NCBI GenBank assembly: GCA_052437885.1 | Contig: JBQVPB010000011.1 | Span: 13,793 to 45,792, forward strand | Origin: Methylophilus sp. | GTDB lineage: Bacteria; Pseudomonadota; Gammaproteobacteria; Burkholderiales; Methylophilaceae | Length of the DNA: 32,000 nt | Direction: 5' to 3' | Shown here: positions 10,497 through 16,966 of the stretch, in pieces | How the letters are laid out: each line of letters begins with the position of its first letter | Position numbering within the stretch: position 1 is the first letter of the stretch | The notes under the pieces: generated by a model | Databases searched by the model: none | Told to the model about the DNA's origin: nothing | Seen by the model: the letters and a program-made list of their open reading frames with translations, nothing else | Program-made: the position numbers and the translations under genes

Positions 10497-11420
10497 ATGA
10501 CCATTACGCATACCACTGAAACCAAACTCATCCAGGACGTAGAAAATTTACGCATTCAATTCCCGCAGGCAAAAGACCTATACAGAGAAGTCTGTCGTGT
10601 GATGTTCTTTCGATACGGCATTCAGCCAACAGCAAACAAGCTTTACCAGCTGGTGCGTAAAGGCACCATGACGATACCGGCGCAGGCGGTCAGTAATTTC
10701 TGGTCCGAACTCAGACTTAAAAACCGGGTAGATATCGAGCAATCTGGCTTGCCAGACAGCTTGCGCGAATTTGCAGGCGAAGCCCTCAGTACCTTATGGA
10801 AATCTGCGCTGGAAGTCGCCAGACAAAATGTGAAAGAAAAACAGTCTGCCACCAATGTCCTTGAAAATGCTTACAGGCTTGAGCTGGAAAGTTGCAAGGC
10901 TCAACTCCGTAAACTTGAAACTGTGAATGCAGAGCAGTCTTCGGAACTGATGACGCTGAGAAAGCAGTTGCAGGAGAGCGACAAAAGATTCCTCATTGAT
11001 CATCAGGTATCAGCCACCCACAAAGAATCCGTCAAAACGCTGCAATACGAAAAATCGGCGCTGGAAGGGTCACTAAAGAGCATCAATAACGAGTTTGATA
11101 CCGAACTGAATAAACTGCATGCCGCCTTGAAGTTGTCAGAAGACCGCTTTAGAAAACTGGAGTCAAAATCATTTACCGATGTAGACAGAGAGAGACAGCG
11201 CACATACAAGCTGGAGTCTGAAATCGCGGAGTTGAAAAAAACCATACTCAAAGAACATGCAGTCAACAAAACCCAGTCAGCCAAAAATCAAAAGCTGGTG
11301 AATGAGCTGCGGGAAAATGTCGGCCTGATCAAAGGTCAGTTAAAAGAATCACAACGCCAGCAACTGGTAGCGTCTAACAAGTTAAAGCAGATAGAGAGAA
11401 AAAAGCCATTGTTGAAATGA
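10497..11420 (+). CDS. KfrA_N-like DNA-binding protein with a long coiled-coil
   Basis: 307 aa. The N-terminus (PTANKLYQLVRKGTMTIPAQAVSNFWSELR) resembles the KfrA N-terminal DNA-binding domain pattern. The remaining ~200 aa are heptad-rich, charged coiled-coil (LRKLETVNAEQSSELMTLRKQLQESDKRF...). Confidence 0.5.
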   Translation: MTITHTTETKLIQDVENLRIQFPQAKDLYREVCRVMFFRYGIQPTANKLYQLVRKGTMTIPAQAVSNFWSELRLKNRVDIEQSGLPDSLREFAGEALSTLWKSALEVARQNVKEKQSATNVLENAYRLELESCKAQLRKLETVNAEQSSELMTLRKQLQESDKRFLIDHQVSATHKESVKTLQYEKSALEGSLKSINNEFDTELNKLHAALKLSEDRFRKLESKSFTDVDRERQRTYKLESEIAELKKTILKEHAVNKTQSAKNQKLVNELRENVGLIKGQLKESQRQQLVASNKLKQIERKKPLLK

Positions 11421-11448
11421 AAAACTCTGGGCCCAAGTCTAACCATCT

Positions 11449-11760
11449 TTAATTTCGCATAATGTATAGCAAGTCGTAAATAACGGGGTTTGATGCCAGT
11501 ATTACAGCCCCTGAGAGCATGGCTGTCACTGCCATCAGTGACATTTTTGCATATCCACCTTGCATTAATTCCAAGGCCCTTCTAGCTTCTACATCTCCAA
11601 GAATCATAAGTTTTAATACTGTCTCACCGTCTGGTTTAGACAATCCCTGTTTCCAATTAGAAACCGTTCCTCTCGTTTTTCCTAAAGCCTGAGCTAGCTT
11701 GTAATCGCTCTCAATGTTTTTGTTCTTCTTAACTTCTTCTACTAAGTCATAGCCTGACAT
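11449..11760 (-). CDS. phage A HTH (Cro/CI-type) regulator with a hydrophobic C-terminal segment
   Basis: 103 aa. HTH is DYKLAQALGKTRGTVSNWKQGLSKPDGETVLKL. C-terminal hydrophobic stretch is MSLMAVTAMLSGAVILASNPVIY. AAGGAG lies 7 nt upstream of the ATG. Divergent from the structural operon. Homolog of 22723-23028. Confidence 0.7.
   Translation of the reverse strand: MSGYDLVEEVKKNKNIESDYKLAQALGKTRGTVSNWKQGLSKPDGETVLKLMILGDVEARRALELMQGGYAKMSLMAVTAMLSGAVILASNPVIYDLLYIMRN
11452..11479 (+). other. hybrid dif-like site (attL of prophage A): consensus XerC arm plus central region plus degenerate XerD arm
   Basis: ATTTCGCATAA-TGTATA-GCAAGTCGTAA compared with E. coli dif GGTGCGCATAA-TGTATA-TTATGTTAAAT. 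The left arm and spacer match; the right arm does not. Confidence 0.7.
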
Positions 11761-11812
11761 ACGTCACTCCTTACTTATTAATTAATGGATGCATTTTATT
11801 AGTATCTATCTA

Positions 11813-11860
11813 TTGACACAACGTCCCTAAATAAATACTATGTCCCTAAATTCATACTAT
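11813..11860 (+). promoter_or_regulatory. candidate early promoter of phage A with a tandem 19-bp operator-like repeat
   Basis: TTGACA (11813-11818), 17 nt, TACTAT (11836-11841). Repeat copies are GTCCCTAAATAAATACTAT (11823-11841) and GTCCCTAAATTCATACTAT (11842-11860), 17/19 identical and directly abutting. Confidence 0.45.
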
Positions 11861-11925
11861 GTAGACAACGAACCTGCCCCCGTTGTTCTGCAAATTCAAT
11901 TAGGGGCTATATAAGGGAATCAAAA

Positions 11926-12207
11926 ATGCAAATGAACCTACAAGTCCTTTCCATAGGCGCAATCGAATCAGGCACTAGTCAAGCAACCCGCAGACCATGG
12001 CACCGCCGCACATTCCAATGCTTTGATTTAGATGATCAGATAGTCGGTTCTATTACCCTGTACGCGCCAGAAGACGAATTAAAGGCTTATACGCAAAACG
12101 GCAAATATGTAGCGACTGTTACTAAGTCACAGGGCGATGGCGGCACGTTTGAGTTTCGCATCACTGCATTGCAGTTGATGACTGCACCACAAAAGGCTGC
12201 AGCTTAG
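11926..12207 (+). CDS. small phage protein, possibly the ssDNA-binding (gpV-like) protein
   Basis: 93 aa. First gene of the rightward operon. Homolog of 22290-22553 (shared QVLSIG..ESG.SQ....WHRRTFQ, GKY.A.V). The function is assigned only from size and position, so the call is tentative. Confidence 0.5.
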   Translation: MQMNLQVLSIGAIESGTSQATRRPWHRRTFQCFDLDDQIVGSITLYAPEDELKAYTQNGKYVATVTKSQGDGGTFEFRITALQLMTAPQKAAA

Positions 12208-12214
12208 AGATAAC

Positions 12215-12249
12215 AAAAAAGCCAACTGACTCGAATCAATTGGCTTTTT
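12215..12249 (+). terminator. conserved hairpin (attenuator or terminator) between the small gene and rep
   Basis: A6, then GCCAACTGA / TCAATTGGC (9-bp stem with one mismatch), loop CTCGAA, then T5. Almost the same sequence occurs in phage B at 22247-22280. Confidence 0.45.
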
Positions 12250-12279
12250 CTAATTTTAACGACTCGGAATCGCTAAAAC

Positions 12280-13239
12280 ATGGAACTAAGTATAGACCAA
12301 AGTTTTGACCATATCAATGATGCAGCGCTAGATGTTAGAGGCAATACAGGCATTGAAAAACCCTTTGAATACAGATTAAAAACACGAACATTTTTAAATA
12401 ATACGGTTGAGTTTGTCATGTCACGCATAAAGCATCGAATACCGAAGCTCCACAGCGACCCTATCTACGGGGAAATGACCTCATACACCAAAACCCTAAC
12501 CGATGAAGAAAGGGCGGCAAAAGATGCAGAAAACCTCAGTCGCGCAGTCAGGCGTGCAAAACAGGCTGTTTACTTCTCTGTCATGCAAATATCAGCAGAT
12601 CATCTGCTTACCCTTACAACTCGTGAAAACATCCAAGACCGTGAAAAATTCTTTACGGTTTTTACTAAATTTATCCGGCTCGTTAGAACCAAGATCCTTG
12701 TGGACGGCCGCCTTGTATCGACCCCGCGTCGCCCGTTCCATTACGTTGCTGTACCTGAGCTCCAAGACCGTGGTGCATATCATATGCACTGTGCAGTTGC
12801 TGGCTTTCAGGACGTTAAGCTGCTTCGTGCTTGTTGGTATGTTGCGCTTGGTGGCTCTGTTGGTGATTCTTCCGATACTGCGCTTGGTGCTATTAATGTC
12901 AGGTACAAACAAAGGCGGCTCGGTGGTCAATCAGAAACCTTTAAAACCTTTCAACTTGTCGGTTACCTCACGAAATACATTGATAAGGATTTCGCGGCAG
13001 ATAAGGCACTTCGCCTACACCGCTACCGTAAATCAAAAGACGTTCCTAAGCCAATCGAGTTCGACCAAGTCCTCATGGCCTGTAACTACCATGGAAACGA
13101 TTTTCTTGACGCGATCATTGAGGTTAACAGTATTGCCGCCTTTGTCACAGGGCAAAACACTGCAGGCATGATTCAGTGGAACAGGGGGCAAGATGTATAT
13201 GTATTACGTTCGGTCTTTCATGAAGAGCTGGAAGACTAA
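12280..13239 (+). CDS. rolling-circle replication initiator (HUH endonuclease, gpII-like)
   Basis: 319 aa. HUH motif is RGAYHMHCAV. Candidate catalytic Tyr region is LVGYLTKYIDKDF. Homolog of 21269-22216. Confidence 0.8.
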   Translation: MELSIDQSFDHINDAALDVRGNTGIEKPFEYRLKTRTFLNNTVEFVMSRIKHRIPKLHSDPIYGEMTSYTKTLTDEERAAKDAENLSRAVRRAKQAVYFSVMQISADHLLTLTTRENIQDREKFFTVFTKFIRLVRTKILVDGRLVSTPRRPFHYVAVPELQDRGAYHMHCAVAGFQDVKLLRACWYVALGGSVGDSSDTALGAINVRYKQRRLGGQSETFKTFQLVGYLTKYIDKDFAADKALRLHRYRKSKDVPKPIEFDQVLMACNYHGNDFLDAIIEVNSIAAFVTGQNTAGMIQWNRGQDVYVLRSVFHEELED

Positions 13240-13309
13240 AGCAACAGAATTTGCCTTTCTGGCAAGTGTGGTCGCAGTCACTTTACTGCGTTTTTATTGA
13301 GGATGAATC

Positions 13310-13501
13310 ATGAAATTGATTAACAAAGTAGTAGCAGGTGTAACTGGTCTCTTGGTCGTTGGTCTTGCACATGCAGAAGTTCCGGCAACAGTTACCGCCG
13401 CCTTCTCAGAAGCAAATACCGATATCGCTACCGTAGCATGGGGCCTGGCTGTTGTAGCCTTCATTGGTACAACAATCCGCATCATTCGTAACCGCGCATA
13501 A
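13310..13501 (+). CDS. major coat protein (gpVIII-like)
   Basis: 63 aa. Signal peptide MKLINKVVAGVTGLLVVGLAHA, acidic N-terminal region, hydrophobic core WGLAVVAFIGTTI, and a basic C-terminus RIIRNRA. This is the canonical inovirus coat layout. Confidence 0.7.
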   Translation: MKLINKVVAGVTGLLVVGLAHAEVPATVTAAFSEANTDIATVAWGLAVVAFIGTTIRIIRNRA

Positions 13502-13511
13502 TGCAAGGGTA

Positions 13512-13538
13512 GGGCGGCATAAAAAAGTCGCCCTTTTT
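13512..13538 (+). terminator. candidate terminator or attenuator after the coat gene
   Basis: GGGCG / CGCCC stem (13512-13516 / 13529-13533) followed by T5 (13534-13538). The loop is long at 12 nt. Confidence 0.35.
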
Positions 13539-13540
13539 CC

Positions 13541-13876
13541 ATGGGATTCCAATTAAAAGATATTTGTTACCCTGATCAACAAACTGCAGTTGATGCGTTT
13601 TTCTTGTCACAGCAAATGCACCTACAGTCAACACCTGACGATACGAGTATTTTCTATTTTCAGAAGTACCAGAACCAGTGGTCTATATGTAGGCAAAACA
13701 CAAACACGAACACTCCCTCAACGTGTTCAACCATAGAAAACCCCGTTCTCTCAGAGTGCGTATACGCAAGTGACCCTGTATCAAATTTCATGACTGGTTT
13801 AGAGCTGGGTGGCTATGTGGCCGCTGTTATTGCAATCGCAGCAATTGGCAAAGTCATCAGAGAAAAGGCTATATAA
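13541..13876 (+). CDS. phage A protein with a C-terminal TM anchor (minor virion or assembly protein)
   Basis: 111 aa. MGFQLKDICYPDQQTAVDAF... aligns with MGYQLKDVCYSTETMAQDAY... of 20609-20941. C-terminal helix is LGGYVAAVIAIAAIG. Confidence 0.55.
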   Translation: MGFQLKDICYPDQQTAVDAFFLSQQMHLQSTPDDTSIFYFQKYQNQWSICRQNTNTNTPSTCSTIENPVLSECVYASDPVSNFMTGLELGGYVAAVIAIAAIGKVIREKAI

Positions 13877-13950
13877 ATGAGCGAATTAGGCAACCTCTAT
13901 ATGTGGGCAGGTTTTCTTTGTGCAGTCTTACCGGCATACGTCCTAGCATC

Positions 13951-15309
13951 ATGAATCCATCGAATAGTTTTTATGAGTGGTGCGTGGGCGCTACCCACTG
14001 GATATGCGGACGCGGACCGCTCATTATGTTACTCCTCCTGCTGACCCCAGTAATCTCTAATTCAGCAGAGGAATACGCAAAACCACGATTCTACTTATCA
14101 AACTTTGCTGACATTTATTACGATACACAAGAAGCTGCTTGTTCTGCAGGTGCACCCCGTCAAGTAGCCAATAGCGGTACTCTAACAAGTGCTATCGTTG
14201 CTTATTCCAACGGAAACCGCAACATGCTAGGAACCTGCTGGATTAAGTCCACGCCATTTAATCAGGTAGGCACCTCTGTTTCAAACCTCAATGTACTAGC
14301 GCAACATAGCTGCCCTGCAGGCTATACACTTGGCCCAGCTAACCAAACAAACATCTACCAGCGCCTCTGCACAATTGCAAGTTGCCCATCAGGCACCACG
14401 CTAAATACGGCCACAAATAAATGCGATGACAACTGCTTACCCATTAAAGGCCAGCTAGCTTCTTTTGGCTTGAACTGTTCCTCAGAAACCTCCCAAGCTA
14501 TGCCAGTATGTATGCCTAATAATTGCGCGGCTAACGTTATAGATACAGCAAGTGTAAGGCTCGGAAACTGTTGGTATGGTTCAAATACAGCTAGATACAC
14601 CGGCGAACGTTGTAATGGTCAACGGTCGTCAAGTTCATTCTCAAACCCCTCAAACGAAAATCCGCCGCCAGCAGACAAGCCTGAAACAGACTGCATCAAA
14701 CAGGGGAAAAGTTTTGGCTATGTGAACGGTGTACCAGTATGCGTGCCTAAAGGTTCTGCAAGCGCAACACCTATTACACAAACAAACCAAAACACCACTA
14801 CAACTACAAACACCGATTCAGGCGGCAACACCACATCGAGCACAACAACAGAAACGAAAAATGCGACACAAGAAGGCGACCAAGTTACAAGCCAGATAAT
14901 AAAAACAAACCCTGACGGCACAAAAACCGAAGAAACAAAGACAGAGCCTGTCTATCAATTTTGCGCAACAAACCCCACTCACCCGATATGCAAGAAACCT
15001 GCAAGCGAGGAGGAGGAGGGTGTAGACCCCTGTGAGGACAGGCCAGACTTACCACAGTGTTATGACAGGGGTGAACCCACCGATACAGACACAATATCCA
15101 GTGTAAATAAGTCTTTCTCTTTTGCACCCCTTGCCATGGCATCAAGCGCAGGTTGCCCAGCAGACCGTGTATTTGTTCTTTCTGGCCGCTCATTTACAGT
15201 TCCTTTCGACAGGTTCTGCACGCTGGTCGCCTCTCTCAAACCTTTGATACTGGCATTTGCATACATGACTGCTGCCGGCATCATGTTTAATGGATGGAAA
15301 AATTCATGA
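13951..15309 (+). CDS. adsorption / minor coat protein (gpIII-like), Cys-rich with a Thr/Asn-rich linker
   Basis: The track ORF starts at GTG 13903. ATG 13951 or ATG 14026 (MLLLLLTPVISNSA/EEY) are more likely starts, so the start is ambiguous. There are many Cys, a linker TQTNQNTTTTTNTDSGGNTTSSTTTETKN, and a C-terminal TM helix LILAFAYMTAAGIMF. Position before pVI/pI. Homolog of 19237-20535. Confidence 0.6.
   Translation: MNPSNSFYEWCVGATHWICGRGPLIMLLLLLTPVISNSAEEYAKPRFYLSNFADIYYDTQEAACSAGAPRQVANSGTLTSAIVAYSNGNRNMLGTCWIKSTPFNQVGTSVSNLNVLAQHSCPAGYTLGPANQTNIYQRLCTIASCPSGTTLNTATNKCDDNCLPIKGQLASFGLNCSSETSQAMPVCMPNNCAANVIDTASVRLGNCWYGSNTARYTGERCNGQRSSSSFSNPSNENPPPADKPETDCIKQGKSFGYVNGVPVCVPKGSASATPITQTNQNTTTTTNTDSGGNTTSSTTTETKNATQEGDQVTSQIIKTNPDGTKTEETKTEPVYQFCATNPTHPICKKPASEEEEGVDPCEDRPDLPQCYDRGEPTDTDTISSVNKSFSFAPLAMASSAGCPADRVFVLSGRSFTVPFDRFCTLVASLKPLILAFAYMTAAGIMFNGWKNS
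14911..14963 (+). repeat. 53-bp block perfectly identical to the reverse complement of 19589-19641
   Basis: CCTGACGGCACAAAAACCGAAGAAACAAAGACAGAGCCTGTCTATCAATTTTG. Checked base by base against the reverse complement of 19589-19641. The flanking bases differ on both sides. Confidence 0.95.
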
Positions 15310-15575
15310 CTTGGTATACATGGGTTATTGCACTAGTCTCGCCTGTAGTAAAGAAGGTGCTTCTCGCCCTAGGTGTCGGAATAATCACATATACAGGCTT
15401 TGACTTGATGATCGGCCAGATACAGGGCTATATAAATAACCAAATGTCTGGCTTAGCTACAGAAGTCTTCCAGACCATTTCACTAATGGGCGTTCCTGAA
15501 TCCTTCGGCATCATCCTAGGTGCATACGCCTCTAGTGCAGCTTTGATGCAGGCTAAAAGGTTCGCACTACTATGA
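15306..15575 (+). CDS. gpVI-like minor coat / DUF2523-like membrane protein
   Basis: The track start is 15294. ATG 15306 aligns with the phage B homolog (MTWYTWVIALVSPVVKK versus MTWAAWVLALVAPIAKR) and gives an ATGA overlap with the pIII-like stop. There is also an ATGA overlap with the zot start (15572-15575). Confidence 0.6.
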   Translation: MTWYTWVIALVSPVVKKVLLALGVGIITYTGFDLMIGQIQGYINNQMSGLATEVFQTISLMGVPESFGIILGAYASSAALMQAKRFALL

Positions 15576-16801
15576 TCACTATAATTACTGGAACGCCTGG
15601 ACAAGGTAAGACAGCCTTATTAGTAAAAATGCTACTCGACAATGACAGGCTAATGGAATCTGCAAGACCAGTCTTTGCCTGTAACATTCCAGATCTCAAA
15701 ATCCCGCACGTCAAAGCGCCCCCTGTAAAAGAGTGGACTGTATTAAAACCACTCGAACTAGAGCCAGAAAAAGACAGGGCTGAATACGCATTCCCGCCTA
15801 ATTCACTACTGATTGTTGACGAGGCTCAGCTATATTTTGAGGCACAGTCATCCGGCTCAAGGAAGCCACCCCACATCCAAGCCCTGCAGACACATCGTCA
15901 TACCGGCCTTGATATAATCCTCATTAGCCAAAAACCCATGCTCATGCATGCAGATGTTCGTGCACTCTGCGGCCGCCACATACACTTAAGGAAGTCTTTC
16001 CTGCAGAGAAAACTTTACGAATGGCCGGAGTACTCAGATGTAAACAGTAAGGCGGCACTAAAAGAAGCCATCAGGAGGCCATACAAACCACCTAGAGAGG
16101 CCTTCAAATACTACACATCATCACAGCTACACACGAAGCAACAAGCCAGAACTAACCCCTTAATATTCGCGCTGCCTCTCTTAGCAATAATGCTTGCAGG
16201 CCTTTCCTACCGTTATTACACGACGCATCCACAATTATTCAATAAAGAGGCAAAAAATGAAGTTGGCCAAAACCTCAAAGTGGTCGAGAAGGGCGCGGAA
16301 ACTAATAATGCAGGACAGGCTCTTTCACAAGCTATACAGCACAGTCTCCCCATCGGGGTACACCCTAACCCAGATGCACCGGAAACCACTCAGGACGTAC
16401 ACGGTGATCCGGCCTTCAATGTCTCGAATGAGGTACACCCTTATTCTGGATTTACGTTTGTTCTCGTTGGCGTGGTGAAGTCAAAAGCAAACGAGCTTAG
16501 TTATTACAGGCTTTCAAATGGTGAGTATGGATTCACAGCAACCAGCACTGATCTAAAAGAACTAGGCTACTCCATCAAGGTAGCAAACAGGTGCACAGCA
16601 TACTTGGTGTACGAGAAGGCCAAGATAGTAGCTATTTGCGGCCTCCCAGAAGCCCCTAAAGCGCCTCAAACTGCCCGCAGTGACACAGAAGACCCAAAGG
16701 GGGATATTAGGGGGCGACAGCCCCTTGATGCAGACAGTATCGATATAACTCCGAAGAGCTGGGAAACTTATCATGCACCGTCGCCCCTTACGAAGTACTA
16801 G
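15572..16801 (+). CDS. Zot-family assembly ATPase (gpI-like)
   Basis: 409 aa. Walker A is ITGTPGQGKT and Walker B is LLIVDEAQ. A central TM helix LIFALPLLAIMLAGL precedes a C-terminal periplasmic domain. Homolog of 17781-18974. Confidence 0.9.
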   Translation: MITIITGTPGQGKTALLVKMLLDNDRLMESARPVFACNIPDLKIPHVKAPPVKEWTVLKPLELEPEKDRAEYAFPPNSLLIVDEAQLYFEAQSSGSRKPPHIQALQTHRHTGLDIILISQKPMLMHADVRALCGRHIHLRKSFLQRKLYEWPEYSDVNSKAALKEAIRRPYKPPREAFKYYTSSQLHTKQQARTNPLIFALPLLAIMLAGLSYRYYTTHPQLFNKEAKNEVGQNLKVVEKGAETNNAGQALSQAIQHSLPIGVHPNPDAPETTQDVHGDPAFNVSNEVHPYSGFTFVLVGVVKSKANELSYYRLSNGEYGFTATSTDLKELGYSIKVANRCTAYLVYEKAKIVAICGLPEAPKAPQTARSDTEDPKGDIRGRQPLDADSIDITPKSWETYHAPSPLTKY

Positions 16802-16820
16802 GCCCCCTGCTAAACAAATA

Positions 16821-16844
16821 AAAGCCACTTATGTGGCTTTTTTT
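16821..16844 (+). terminator. rho-independent terminator after zot (phage A)
   Basis: AAAGCCAC / GTGGCTTT stem (16821-16828 / 16833-16840), loop TTAT, T-run to 16844. Confidence 0.65.
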
Positions 16845-16900
16845 ACACCTTCGCTTAACTGCAGGAACACTACAATTCTTAACAATTGCTGCAAATTACA

Positions 16901-16963
16901 CGCGCCGCTAGGCGCGCCGTACTAAATTTATATTACGGACGTTTTACAACAGAATAATAAAAA
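16901..16963 (+). promoter_or_regulatory. phage A intergenic element: GC hairpin plus a highly conserved 42-nt block (candidate origin or packaging signal)
   Basis: Hairpin CGCGCC-GCTA-GGCGCG (16901-16916). The block at 16922-16963 is 40/42 identical to the reverse complement of 17580-17621, far above the surrounding similarity. Confidence 0.4.
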
Positions 16964-16966
16964 AGC

